A stretch of 63,145 nucleotides of DNA, filler included, from Basidiobolus ranarum (GCA_040143965.1; 57 parts of 57 records of this genome joined end to end with filler, not necessarily neighbours in it); one strand, 5' to 3'. Numbered from the whole stretch's first letter, positions 11,673 to 24,423 are shown. Notes: a model not told the origin generated them from the letters alone. Numbers and translations: made by a program.

Positions 11673-12183
11673 CCCTAAAACAACTACACCATTGGAAAGG
11701 CTTGCTGGCCAATGATTTTAATTAACTTAAATATTCCTTCTTCTGAATGATATAAGAGTCATAATGTTTTGCTACAATCCATCATATCTGGACCTAGATC
11801 ACCAGTGCTTTTAGATAGCTTCTTGGCTCCTTTGATTGTGAAATTTGAATGGTTATCTAATGGGGTTCAGATGGGTGAATATTTTATTGACACTGATATC
11901 ATTGTATGTATTGCTGACATTGCTGGCATCAGTAAACTCAGAGGTTTTTGCAGGCACAATGCCTTATCTGGCTGTAGATTTTGTCAAATCAATGGAGTCT
12001 ACTCTATCAGATATATGTATTATTACCATCCATATACAACAGTAAACTCCATGATTTTACCCTCAAGAGCCTGGTCAGATTTCAACATGATCACTGATAT
12101 CAATTCACCAAATAGTCAGTCTAACATCAAACTTGGTGTTAGCCGTAAGCCTAAGATTATATTGCTAAAGGGGATCAGCTGGA
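11673..12183 (+). mobile_element. CACTA/EnSpm-like transposase fragment
   Basis: IISGPRSPVLLDSFLAPL..ADIAGISKLRGFCRHNALSGCRFC. Confidence 0.88.
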
Positions 12184-12283
12184 NNNNNNNNNNNNNNNNN
12201 NNNNNNNNNNNNNNNNNNNNNNNNNNNTTAATTAATTAANNNNNNNNNNNNNNNNNNNNNNNNNNNNNNNNNNNNNNNNNNNN

Positions 12284-12392
12284 AAGTAAATTCCAATAGA
12301 GAATAATTGATAATATCTTAGTGAATTATAAGATAATTAAGTACTAAGCTATATATGACTATATAGGTGTTTAGGCAATGCTAATTTCAACA
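12284..12392 (-). mobile_element. Copia LTR family A (5' part) nested in another copia
   Basis: rc TGTTGAAATTAGCATTGCCTAAACACC; matches the full LTR at 39361-39688. Confidence 0.85.
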
Positions 12393-13297
12393 TGTGTTGC
12401 CTACCATATAGGCAACCTTCACATAGCTCCAGATCCAGTAGAAGTATGAAATTTAGTTCTGAAACCATCTTTTTTGATTAAATTTCTCATATTTTCAGCT
12501 CCTAGATGATCCAATCTCCTAAGCCAGATTTTCCAGCGTATCTCTTCAGCAGTGGTAGTATTAACTTGTTCATATATTGGCCTAATATAAAGAAGTTTAT
12601 ACAAGTTATTTTGCTTAGCTCCAGAAGCTACATAATTCCCTTTTTGATCCCTGATTGTATAGCCATTTTGATCAACATTAAAGCTATATCCCTCAGATGT
12701 AGCTTTACTCACTGATAACAAATTTTTTGCTATACCAGGCACATAAAGCACATTTTTCAGTGTCAAATACATGTCCCCAGAGATGCCCCCAAGATCCACT
12801 TCAATTTCTCCCACTCCCAGAGCTTCTAGTGGCCGGTCATCTCCCATATAAACCTTCTTGTTTATATCAGTTTTGAGTGTCTTAAACCAGTTTTTTTGAT
12901 TAGAGAAATGTTGAGAGGCTCCAGAATCAATATACCATGACCTACAGTCTTGTTCAGAGGTCACTGATAGGGCAGAAATGAATAAAACTTCCTCTTTGGT
13001 TGAAACCTGATTTGCTTGTTCTGACTTCTCATTTTTTTGTAATTTCTTGATTTGCAATCTTTTATCTGGTGTCCTGGTTTGTTACAACCATAGCATAAAC
13101 CTGGTTTCCTTCTTTTGTAACCTTTGTACTTGCCAAAGCTACATTTTCCAGCTCCAAAAAGAGCCACTTCCTCAGATTCTTTTTCTAAATTCTTACTTCT
13201 GAGGTGTTGATCCATTAGCCTTGCTACCACAAACTCCAAAGACAACTTGTCAGATCTTGCTTCCAAAGCTGTGACCAAGTTTGAATACTGTTCTGGT
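12393..13297 (-). mobile_element. Ty1/copia gag zinc knuckle, protease and pre-integrase fragment
   Basis: CYGCNKPGHQIKDC; WYIDSGASQH; NVLYVPGIAKNLLSVS; IWLRRLDHLG. Confidence 0.95.
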
Positions 13298-13779
13298 NNN
13301 NNNNNNNNNNNNNNNNNNNNNNNNNNNNNNNNNNNNNNNNNTTAATTAATTAANNNNNNNNNNNNNNNNNNNNNNNNNNNNNNNNNNNNNNNNNNNNTTG
13401 TGTTCAGAATATCTGTGGGAGTAAAATGATCAATCCTTGGGGCAATTTGGACAAGTTTGAAATTTGCAATATGGAATTGCTAATTCTCACATTATTCATA
13501 TATATATAAATATAATAAATGTCCCAATTTTTAGTTCAGTGATATTTGACTAAGTAATGTTAGCTAACTTATAAGTGATATATTAAATAGTTAGGTGTAT
13601 AAAGATAGAGATAACAAATATGATAAAGAAAATAAACTTCAATAAGATGGTGTGATGAAGAATTGATATTAAAGGCTATTTCTTCTTGATGAGCAGTGGA
13701 CATGAGTGTAATAAGTGCTGTATTATGTTTTATTGCACTTGATGATTGCAGCCTTCTGTCAATTACTTCTATGAGGACT

Positions 13780-14377
13780 GGACTAGATTTCTTGATTGTT
13801 GGGATAAAGTGGGTTTTGACAAATGCAGAGTCAATAAAACAGTAGGAAGCGCCTGTATTAAGAAGTACAGTTGTTTTTATTGATTCAAATTGGGTAGCAG
13901 TAGTGTAATGGGCAGCTTCAATGACCAGTATGACTACAGAGATTGCAATGTATGATGAAGATACATGTTTGAAGGTGGCTGGCCCAGCTGTATGCCCATT
14001 ATGTCAGCTGGGCTTTGAAGTTTTTTGATGGTTTGGGATAGTTCTCTTCTACTTGCACAATGTTGCTCTTAAATTCAGGATTCTTTTTTGCACAGTTTCA
14101 GGCTGCATGTCCAGAAGCTCCACAATAATGGCATACATTTTCTTGTTAGCATCAATGTTTCCTCTCAGGGCTAAGTTGTCTGAATCACGCTCCATCAACT
14201 TGCATTGGGTCATCTGCTTGCGCTGTATTTGGTATTTGATGGGAGAGAGACCTGAAAGTAGTTGAAGAGGGAGAAAAGAAAGGAGCTATATTTCTTTGTT
14301 GTTTTCTTTCAAACAACTGGTTGTCAAATTCAACTGCCTGATGGATAGCATCAGTCAAGGTTGCTGGGTCAGCTATA
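13780..14377 (-). mobile_element. Ty3/gypsy gag-protease junction (degenerate)
   Basis: Colinear with 51106-52110 (DDPMQVD, zinc-knuckle remnant); protease-like GASYCFIDSAFV. Confidence 0.75.
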
Positions 14378-14411
14378 CCCTAACAAAAATAAAATTGATT
14401 TAATCTGGATT
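14378..14411 (+). mobile_element. CACTA 'CAA' terminus inserted in gypsy gag
   Basis: CCCTAACAAAAATAAAATTG, matching the terminus at 58218. Confidence 0.8.
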
Positions 14412-14511
14412 NNNNNNNNNNNNNNNNNNNNNNNNNNNNNNNNNNNNNNNNNNNNTTAATTAATTAANNNNNNNNNNNNNNNNNNNNNNNNNNNNNNNNN
14501 NNNNNNNNNNN

Positions 14512-15205
14512 CATGGTATCAGTTATATGCATGCCAAAAGTAAATATGTTTTTAAAAAGAGGCTCACGTTTGTAGTGTGCGTTGAGGGATGAGCAGTCTT
14601 TGTGACTCCTATAAAGTCAAAGGTAAAAAATAATGATGTGGTATCAGTTATATGCATGCCAAAAGTAAATATGTTTTTAAAAAGAGACTCACATTTGTAG
14701 TGCATGTCAAGGGATGAGCAGTCTTTGTAACTCCTATAAAATCATAGGGGAAAAATAATGATGTGATATCAGTTATATGCATGCCAAAAGTAAATATGTT
14801 TTTAGAAAGAGGCTCATGTTTGTAGTGCAGGTCAAGGGATGAGCAGTCTTCATAGCTCCTACAAAGTCAAAGGTAAAAAATAATGATGTGGTATCAGTTA
14901 TGCACATGCCAAAAGTAAATATGTTTTAAAAATTGAATCAAATTTGTAGTGCGCATCAAGGGATGAGCAGTCTTTGTGATTCCTGTAAAGTCAGAGATAC
15001 AACATAATGATGTGGTAACAGTTATATGCACTATGGAAGTAAACAGGTTTTTAGAAAGAGGCTCATGTTTGTAGTGCATGTTGACAGTCTACCACCAATG
15101 TAGCCCCTATAAAATCAGGGGCAATGCACAAAGGCATGTTTCCAGTATAACAGAGCTTGAAAGTTAGTATGTTTTTGAAATTATAGAGGGTTCTGTAGTG
15201 CACAT
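14512..15205. repeat. Tandem repeat, ~125-bp unit, ~5 copies decaying rightward
   Basis: GTATCAGTTATATGCATGCCAAAAGTAAATATG..GGGATGAGCAGTCTT recurs near 14516, 14640, 14765, 14890 and 15014. Confidence 0.92.
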
Positions 15206-15625
15206 TACTTTTATTTTTATTGTTTGGAATACCTTAGTTACAAATACGTCACATTTTATACAACTTTCTAAATTTGTAGTACCTTTGTGCTGCACAGGTT
15301 ACATAGCCCAAAAGTTTATTTTAATGACTATTTTGTTGTTTTGTAGATAAATAAACAGGTATGGAGCTTAGTGCTAGTGATATGTCAATATTTGTAAAAC
15401 ATGAGTAGAATGCTTGTATCAACACTTTCAATATTTCTAGATTTGTAACATAATTATGATATATCCAATATTCACTTTCCTTTTTATTTAATTTTGTAAA
15501 CCAAACAAACTTCTTCCAAATATTANNNNNNNNNNNNNNNNNNNNNNNNNNNNNNNNNNNNNNNNNNNNTTAATTAATTAANNNNNNNNNNNNNNNNNNN
15601 NNNNNNNNNNNNNNNNNNNNNNNNN

Positions 15626-16477
15626 AAGAATATACTGGCTTCAACATCCTTTGAGAATGATCAGATAAAAAGGGTATATCCAATCAAAAACAACTGTAAA
15701 CTCAGCCAGCAAGGTCTTGAATGAGGATGCACCAGTAGTGATTTATCCTAGGATACAAAAGGTTCCTTGCCTATGCAGACAAAGCTAGGGAAAAAGATAA
15801 AGTATCAGAAATAAAACACCTACCTGTCAATACTTACTTTGAGCCAGTCAAGTTCTTTCTAGTTGCACAGTAGCCTTTAACTGCCACTAGTAGTCTCTCT
15901 GGAGCTTTGTCTTCAAAGGTCTTGTAAGTGGTGATGAAAATAAGAGGTGATTACAAGTAGTAATTGTAAGTTGAAAACCAGGATGATTTTTATTTGGAAA
16001 GATATGCCTCCTATTTATACTTCTCTGATGGTAGAAATGATTACTAATGAGAATTTCCGGAAAGTTCCACCGAATTCTATTGATAGGGATCTGAGCCTGT
16101 GATATCACCAAATATCATAAGATTAGTAATCCATGGAATGATCAGGAAGGTTGTAGAACAATCCAGAAAGTCATAGAATGTTCTGGAAAGATTAAGTTTT
16201 GATTGGTGAAAATTCTATCAATCTTCAAATATTCCAAGAATCTAGTGGAATGTTCTGGAAGATTGTAGAATTTTCCAGAAAATCATAGGGCTCAAGTGGG
16301 TTAATACTGATAAATCTGAAATAATAGGGGATAATACTAACGGTGCAATAGGATTGGCTAGAAAATACGGGTAAATCAACTTTGGATAATTAAATAGAAA
16401 TTGTGTAATAGTAATGATCTGAGCTTGGAGTGGAAATAAGTCAACCTGACAGTGGGTAGCAATGCTGTCCCACTACA
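15626..16477 (-). mobile_element. Long gypsy-type LTR (5' part) inserted in CACTA transposase
   Basis: rc begins TGTAGTGGG; CACTA N-terminal sequence resumes at 16478; same family at 17852-18774. Confidence 0.85.
16051..16280. promoter_or_regulatory. Heat-shock element (nGAAn) arrays in LTR U3
   Basis: GAAtgTTCtgGAAgaTTGtaGAAttTTCcaGAA at 16248-16280; further arrays at 16146-16188 and 16055-16067; TATAAATAGG on the minus strand near 16010-16019. Confidence 0.7.
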
Positions 16478-16638
16478 CCATTGTCTACTTCTTCAACTTC
16501 TGATATACTACCATTCATACTGGAATAACCAAGGTCAACATCTAGCAGCAATTCCTCACAGTTGTCTGTACTTACTGGTTTGACCAAAGTTGCATTTTGA
16601 CCTACATCATTCTGGTCATATAACTGTGGTAACTCCAT
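16478..16638 (-). mobile_element. CACTA transposase N-terminal fragment
   Basis: ELPQLYDQN..GSISEVEE matches 6981..7538. Confidence 0.85.
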
Positions 16639-16738
16639 NNNNNNNNNNNNNNNNNNNNNNNNNNNNNNNNNNNNNNNNNNNNTTAATTAATTAANNNNNN
16701 NNNNNNNNNNNNNNNNNNNNNNNNNNNNNNNNNNNNNN

Positions 16739-16849
16739 GTTAAGTGTCACTACAAGGTTCAAGATATGGAGACCATTCCTCAAGTGTATGAAGACATGCA
16801 CGCTGGTAAGATTGCTGGACGTATCGTTCTCGATATGCACAACCATTAA
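16739..16849 (+). CDS. adh: Zinc-type alcohol dehydrogenase, C-terminal fragment
   Basis: VKCHYKVQDMETIPQVYEDMHAGKIAGRIVLDMHNH* resembles the fungal ADH1 tail; biased codons, CpG retained. Confidence 0.8.
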   Translation, partial: VKCHYKVQDMETIPQVYEDMHAGKIAGRIVLDMHNH

Positions 16850-17851
16850 GCTGCACATCAAGCAAATTGTATAAACTGAATCTAATAAATATAGTAGCAT
16901 AATTTACAACCCATTTGTTTGGAAAACAATGAATTTTAAAGTTACTATCATCATTTCGTAATATGTTAAGTTGCGCACGTAGACCAAAAAGATAGTTTGA
17001 ATATCTGCCCACATTGATTGCTGACACAATTTAGGAGTAAAATAAAGTTCAAATTTGGAAATTCTAAATCTATTTGCTTGGTTGATCTAATTTAAAATGA
17101 CCCAAAATGGTGGGTATATACACTCTCATGTGCAATCAGCATTTCTTAATATATCTAAGATGCGTATGAGCACTCATTCTATTCATTTCGGTAAAGTTCG
17201 GATCGATACAATAGGTTGTTCAATCTAGAATTTTAACTTGATGTGAATACCCCGTATTCGGAAATGTTCGAACACATTGTACCTTCCATATTAAGTTAAT
17301 GATTGTAAACAAATGATGCAATAAAGAAAGATAAGAGAAGCCTACTGATCTGCACCAGTGACAGATTCAATTCGCTCAGTAATATTTGCAGCATTGAGAT
17401 TGAAAATTTGAAGCCTGGTTCTTAGTGTTTATTCATCTGTTCGCAATTTGATCGGATTATCAATGTAGACACGTGCTATGGTTGATCCATGACAGAAGGT
17501 CCACTTAGAATCGAGGGATGTACTTTTTAGCTATTTTAGCAACTGCCAAACTGGGTTTATTTGAATGGAATATGAAAACTAGATTCAATCTTGAAGCTAT
17601 TACTTGGTAATGATATCTATTTTACCAGATCAAGGCTTGAAAAGGTTGGAAAAACTGAATAACCATGAGTCGCTAATTGTAATTCCAAAGTATATATAAT
17701 ACAACCTTGTGTTCGAATACCTCATTAAACATCTACACTATGTGCCAAATCNNNNNNNNNNNNNNNNNNNNNNNNNNNNNNNNNNNNNNNNNNNNTTAAT
17801 TAATTAANNNNNNNNNNNNNNNNNNNNNNNNNNNNNNNNNNNNNNNNNNNN

Positions 17852-18788
17852 AAAGGGAATCAAGCCTCTAGAAATGTCTAAGGACTGATAAGCCATAATG
17901 CAATGTCCATCTTTCTGTTGAATAATATGCTGGCACCTTACAAAAGTATATACTGGCTTCAACATCATTTGAGAATGATCAGATAAAAAGAGTATATCCA
18001 ATCAAAAACAACTGTAAACTCAGCCAGCAGGGTCTTGAACAAGGATGTACTAGTTGTGATTTATCCAAGGGTATGAAAAACTCCTGGCCTATGCAGACAA
18101 AGCTAGGGAAAAAATATAAAGTATCCAAAATATAAGACCTACCTGTCAGTACTTCCTCCAAGCTGGTCAAGTCCTTTCTAGTCACACAGTAGCCTATAAC
18201 TGCCTCTAGTAGTCTCTCTGAGCTTCCTCTTCAAAGGTCTTGTAAGTGGTGATGAAAATAAGGGTTGATCGCAAGTAGTAATTGTTAGTTGAAAACCAGG
18301 ATTATTTTAATTTGAAAAGATATGGCTCCTTTTTATACTTTTCTGGTGAGAGATAGGATTACTAATGCAAATTTCCGGAAAGTTCCAGAGAATTCTATTG
18401 GTGGGGATCTGCGGTTATGACATCATCATAAATCATTTTCTGGAAGGTTGTAGAATAATCCAGAAAGTCATGGAATGTTCCAACAAAATCAAGTTTTGAT
18501 TAGTCAAAACTCAATCAATCATCAAATATTCCAAGAATCTTGTGGAATGTTCTGGAAGATTTTAGAACTTTTCAGAAAATAATAGGGCTAATGTGGGTCA
18601 ATACTGATAAATGTGAAATAATAGAGGATAATACTAATAGTTTGATATGATTGGCTAGAAAATATGGGTAAGTCAACTAAGCAAAATAAAATATAAATTG
18701 TGCAATAGTAATGATAGGAGCTTGGGGAGGAAATAAGTCAACCTGCCAGTGAGTAGCAATGCTACCCCACTACATCCACCCCCCTCTG
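17852..18788 (-). mobile_element. Gypsy-type 3' LTR start with polypurine tract
   Basis: rc AGAGGGGGGTGGA then TGTAGTGGGG at 18774; HSE-like arrays conserved at 18373-18395, 18438-18480 and 18545-18577. Confidence 0.85.
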
Positions 18789-18964
18789 TATTTTGAACTC
18801 ATGTGAAAAACCGACCTCAGCAGGGTGAGTTGTTTCCTCCTATCTTGAATACCTTTAGTAGGTTNNNNNNNNNNNNNNNNNNNNNNNNNNNNNNNNNNNN
18901 NNNNNNNNTTAATTAATTAANNNNNNNNNNNNNNNNNNNNNNNNNNNNNNNNNNNNNNNNNNNN

Positions 18965-19450
18965 TAATCTAACTCTTGATCATGTAACATTGATATGCCA
19001 TCCCTGCTATGGTCCTATTGGCAAACTTTGCAACTTCATTTTGCTGTGGAGTATGAGGTATAGTAGTTTGTTGCTTAATTCCATTTTTAGAACAATAACT
19101 GGCAAAGCTTTAGGGCAGTATTCGCCACCTTGTTCACTCCTTGGTATTGTTATTTTTTGTACTGATTCTTTTCTACCATTGGTTTATGGTGCAGGAGTGA
19201 GTTTAGGCTTCAGATTTTAATTTGAGAAAGAATACCTGGGTATATCTGGTTTTTCTTCTATCAAGGTCATAAAGTGCTTTTTACCACCTATTAAGAGATT
19301 TTTCATTGACCCACGTAAGTCATCAACTATTAGGGCCAAATTCCAAGTGAATTTGCTCTTTCCAGAGCTTTAAAACAGCTATCTGTGTTGTGTCCCATAT
19401 TTGAAACCTTTACACAGATTCAATTTGGTGATATTTTTAATACCCAATTA
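18965..19450 (-). mobile_element. Highly degenerate copia integrase core
   Basis: rc reads IGGKKHFMTLIE..RSEQGGEY..TIPHTPQQNEVAKFANRT across frameshifts. Confidence 0.7.
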
Positions 19451-19619
19451 TGAAACAAGCTGATTTTAGAGTATTTGGGTTAGTTTCTGCTCCCCAATGT
19501 GGCATTCTCACAATGTAGCTTGTTGATTATCAGGTTTGAAGGAGAAATTTAGGAGTTCTCTTTGTCAGCAAAATGTTGCTGATCAGTCATTTTTTAGGGC
19601 TGTAAATTGTCCAGCATGC

Positions 19620-19977
19620 TCCAGTAAAGGTGCTCTTAATGGGAAATCAATCAATTGTAAGTATTGCAAGAATTCTGGACTTGTAATCAAAGATTGCAGA
19701 AAAAAGCAACTTGCTAAAAAGTTAAAATCAGAACAAGCAAATCAATCAAGCACTGACAGGAATCATCATTTGCATTTGCACTAGCAGCAAGCACTAAGTG
19801 TTGAATTTAGGCAAAGAGCAACTCATTATTTAGAAATTAGTTATTAAAATTCTGATCATTTAGCTTCCAATTTTCCCTTTCAGAAATGTGTTTTTTTGGC
19901 TTTCATTGATAGAAATATTGATCAGATCACTTTTACCAATTTTCACTATTCTCTGTAAACTTCTCCTAATCACCAAC
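19620..19977 (+). mobile_element. Copia gag zinc-knuckle remnant followed by LTR family C (19799-19977)
   Basis: CKYCKNSGLVIKDC; TGTTGAATTTAGGCAAAGAGCAACTCATT matches LTRs at 41268 (rc) and 42968. Confidence 0.7.
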
Positions 19978-20077
19978 NNNNNNNNNNNNNNNNNNNNNNN
20001 NNNNNNNNNNNNNNNNNNNNNTTAATTAATTAANNNNNNNNNNNNNNNNNNNNNNNNNNNNNNNNNNNNNNNNNNNN

Positions 20078-20375
20078 AATATTCAAATAAAGGATACATA
20101 TTAATTTGAATTCCTACAGCAGTAAACCCAGTAATTTGCCATTTGAAAATTATATTTTTGCAAAAATTGCTGGATATTCAATAACACATGCCAAATTTAA
20201 GGATCAATGTTTTAACATGTATGAATACCATCAAAATACCATCAAGAAGCTGCCATCACACCATTAAAATCCCTGGCAGAATGCAAGCCACCAATATTGT
20301 GACAGTTCTCTGATGGTTTTGCTATTTTGGAGGGTGGATCCAATCAGGATCAAATCAATTTTATTTTTGTTAGGG
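20078..20375 (+). mobile_element. CACTA 'CAA' terminus and 3' region of transposase
   Basis: Ends ATTTTTGTTAGGG; rc match to 58218 onward. Confidence 0.85.
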
Positions 20376-20920
20376 ATTTGTGTCGACCTACACAAAATTT
20401 ATCTTCAGGCAGAAAAAGAAATTCAGTCACATTTATTGCTGATTATACAAGATACACTTGGGTATACTTTATGGAAAGACAGGAAGAAGCTCTCTTTATA
20501 TTCAGGGAATATAAAACACTTGCTGAGATCAAAACTGAAACTAAAATCAAGAAAATATGTACTGATAATGGTGGAGAATATACTTCAACACTATTTAAGG
20601 ACTTTTGTAAAGTTCATGAAATTAAGCAAGAAGTTACTGCCCCCTGTTCACCTCAACAAAATATAGATGCTGTAAGAGCTAACAAGAATATAGCAGAAAT
20701 GGTAAGATTTATGATAAATGCACCAAATTTATCTCATAACTTTTGGGTGGAAGCAGTTGCTAAAGCTCTATGTATGAAGAATAGGAGTTTTACTAGCAGT
20801 CTGTCTAGCTCTACACCACAGCAAGCTTGGTTTGGAGTCACAGCAGATGTAAAACATTTGAGGATCTTTAAATGCATGGCTTATGTGAATATTATGAACA
20901 AAGATTGGTCTAAATTTTGC
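20376..20920 (+). mobile_element. Ty1/copia integrase core fragment
   Basis: FIADYTRYTWVYF..TDNGGEY..APCSPQQN..FWVEAV. Confidence 0.9.
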
Positions 20921-21189
20921 CCAAAATGCCCTCAGATGGTTACAAAAATGAACTTGTTCTCTGTGATAGTGCCAGATTGTGCAATATATACCATATTAAA
21001 TAAAGTACTCTTAAATTTATGCAGCACAACTTGGCACTATCCAGCACCCTCTGGCATGATCAAATTCAAACATATTTACTCTAATATTTNNNNNNNNNNN
21101 NNNNNNNNNNNNNNNNNNNNNNNNNNNNNNNNNTTAATTAATTAANNNNNNNNNNNNNNNNNNNNNNNNNNNNNNNNNNNNNNNNNNNN

Positions 21190-22201
21190 ATCGTAACTGT
21201 CGGTTCACTGACCGTAACTGTAGCTTCCGTGGCAGTTCGTTCACTGGCTACTTCCTTATCACTTTGGGAGTGATCATTCCGATGATGATCAATGGTCTTG
21301 GTGACAGTAGAAGAGTGATATTCGGTATGAATATGCCCAGCGGTGTCAGTCTTGATGACGGTTCTCACCGTCGGATATAAAGTCACTGTGTGTTTGGTGA
21401 CTGTGATAGTTGGTTCTGTAACAGTTATTTCACCAGTTGCTACCGTTCCACTATTGAAGTCACTCACAACTGATTCAGTGTTACTATGATGTTGAATATT
21501 GTCGGTTACTGTCACAGTACGAATTTCGGTACGATTTCTTCCGGTAGAGTCTGTCTTGATAATCGTTCTCACACTTGGATAAATCGTAACTGTCGGTTCA
21601 GTGATCGTAACTGTAGGTTCCGTGACAGTTCGGTTACTGGTTACTTCCTCATCACTTTGGGAGTGTTCATTCCTATGATGATCAACGGTCTTGGTGACAG
21701 TAGAAGAGTGATATTCGGTATGAATATGGCCAGCTGTGTCAGTCTTGATGACGGTTCTCACCGTCGGATATAAAGTAACTGTGGGTTTGGTAACTGTGAT
21801 AGTTGGCTCTGTAACAGTTATTTCTCCAGTTGCCACCTTTCCACTATTGGAGTCACTCACAACTGATTCAGTGTTATTATGATTTTGAATACTGTCAGTT
21901 ATCGTCACAGTACGAATTTCGGTACGATTTCTTCCGGTAGAGTCAGTCTTGATGATTGTTCTCACACTTGGATAAATTGTAACTGTCGGTTCAGTGACCG
22001 TAACTGCTGGTTCGGTGACAGTTCTTTCCCTAGTTACTTCCTTATCACTTTGGGAGTGATCATTCCGATGATGATCGATGGTCTTGGTGTCAGTAGAAGA
22101 GTGATATTCGGTATGAATATGGCCAGCGGTGTCAGTCTTGATGACGGTTCTCACCGTCGGATATAAAGTAACTGTGTGTTTGGTAACTGTGATAGTTGGT
22201 T
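21190..22201 (-). CDS. Internal part of a Thr/Val/His-rich repeat protein (131-aa unit), likely a surface or cell-wall glycoprotein
   Basis: Frame open across the whole contig; 393-nt period; synonymous variation between units; CpG retained. Confidence 0.8.
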
Positions 22202-22301
22202 NNNNNNNNNNNNNNNNNNNNNNNNNNNNNNNNNNNNNNNNNNNNTTAATTAATTAANNNNNNNNNNNNNNNNNNNNNNNNNNNNNNNNNNNNNNNNNNN
22301 N

Positions 22302-23312
22302 TGATATACTCCCAGCTGACCACCCATATGATTGACCTATAGATCTACAAGAAGGAAAACAACCACCATTTGGGCCTATATATGGGCTGACCCAGCCAGA
22401 ACATAACATTCTGAAAGAATATATAGCAGAAAATCTGGAGAAAGGACTTATCCAACATTCAAAGTCCCAAGCAGGCTCTCCAATCTTATTTGTTAAGAAA
22501 AAGGATGGATCCCTTGGTCTCTGTGTTGATTTTCAAGGCCTAAATAGCATTACAGTCAAAAATTGATACTCCTTGCCATTAATCAACTCACTCTTGGATC
22601 AGCTTGCTTCAGTCAAGGTGTTTACATAGAGTGATCTAAGAGGTGCTTACAATCTTGTAAGAATCACACCAGGAGACCAATGGCAAACTGCCTTTCAATC
22701 TTGCTCTGGACATTTTGAATACAATGTCATGCCATTTGGACTCACCAATGCCCCTGCAATCTTTCAACACATCAAGAATGATAACCTCAGAGAGTATCTT
22801 GATCAATTTGTGGTAATCTACCTTAAAGATATCTTGACCTTCTCATGCTCTCAAGAAGAACATAATATTCATGTTTTGCAAGTCCTAGAAAAGTTAAAAC
22901 CTCTGTGCTCTATGCTAAACTTGAGAAATGTGAATTTGATCAAGCTCAAGTTGAATTCCTTGGATATGACATCAGCCAATCAGGCATCTCCATGGACTCT
23001 AGTAAGGTTGAATCTGTTCTGTCTTGGGATATTCCCAAGAATGTGAAGGATGTCAAATCTTTCCTTGGATTTGCAAACTTTTACCAATGGTTTGTCAAGA
23101 ACTACTCCAAAATATCCGCTCCATTAACCAACCATACAAAGAAAGAACTCCCATTCAACTGGAACCCATCTTGCCAACAAGCATTCATAACCTTAAAGAG
23201 TGCTTTTACCTCAGCACCAATCCTGGCACATCCCAAGCTAGACTAGCCATTTATTGTTGAAACTGATGCATCCAACTTTGCTCTAGGAGCAGTACTATCA
23301 CAGTTCAGTGAT
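22302..23312 (+). mobile_element. Ty3/gypsy (Tf2/chromovirus-like) RT-RNase H fragment
   Basis: [28 protein letters not shown] and ETDASNFALGAVL motifs. Confidence 0.95.
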
Positions 23313-23412
23313 NNNNNNNNNNNNNNNNNNNNNNNNNNNNNNNNNNNNNNNNNNNNTTAATTAATTAANNNNNNNNNNNNNNNNNNNNNNNNNNNNNNNN
23401 NNNNNNNNNNNN

Positions 23413-24423
23413 TGCTGTATATGTTGGAGATCTGCCAATGTGAGTTGATGCCATAAGAGTATATTAACAATATCAACAAACAACTCCCAATTTTGCCAAT
23501 AATTATCAGGCAGAAATCTTTTCAAGATTCCACTTTAATATATACATATCCAATACTTCCAGTCTTTGCATTTGAATAAACACCTAGATGAGTGGATATT
23601 TATAGGAGTCCTGGTAAAATATGATAGTATCTTGACATTTTCAAGCATTTTCCCAATCAATTCAAACTTTGATCCTATCTCAAATGACTCATTCTTATTA
23701 ATTTTCCACTATATAGCTGAGTAAGCAGTATTAGAATATTGTTGAATAGTAAGTGCATAGTGCCTAATGGGAAGCTCTGGCTCCAGCTGATCCCCTTAAG
23801 CAATATAATCTTAGGCTTATGGCTAATACCAAGTATGATGTTAGACTGACTATTTGGTGAATTGATATCAGTAATCATGTTGAAATCTAACTGGGCTCCT
23901 GATGGTAAAATCATGGAGTTTAATTTTGTATTTGCATAGTAGTAATGTGTATGCCTGAGAGACTAGACTCCATTGATTTGACAAAATCTACAGCAAGATA
24001 GTGCATTGTGCCTGTGAATACCTCTAAGTTTACTGATGGCAGGAGTGTCACTAATACATAAAATGATCTTAACTTTAATAAAATACTCACACATCTGAAC
24101 TCCATTAGATAACCATTCAAATTCCACAATCAAAGGCCCCAAGAGGCTTTCCATAGGCACTGGTGATTTAGGTCCAGATATGATGGATAGTACCAAAATA
24201 TTATGACTCTTATACCATTCAGAAGGAGGAAGATTTAAGTTAATTGAAATTATTGGCCAGCAAGCCTTTCCAATGGTATATTTGTTTAGTGAGAAACCAT
24301 TGAGAGCCAATGCAAATGCATGATCATACATGTTCTGAAAGAAACCTTGACTTTTCAGATTCTGGTAGTGACATCGATCAAGTATATTTGTAATACCATC
24401 AGCTTTACGGTGAGTACTTTGGT
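23413..24423 (-). mobile_element. CACTA/EnSpm-like transposase middle fragment
   Basis: LALNGFS..CWPI..NLPP..GP..DTPAISK..CRFC..PLGTMHLLFNN. Confidence 0.9.

Noticed and set aside
20327-21089. 272-aa ORF as a novel fusion protein
   Set aside because: Chance read-through from a CACTA terminus into a decayed copia integrase.
21486-22166. Plus-strand ORFs 21486..21773 and 21879..22166
   Set aside because: Antisense shadows of the 393-nt coding repeat.
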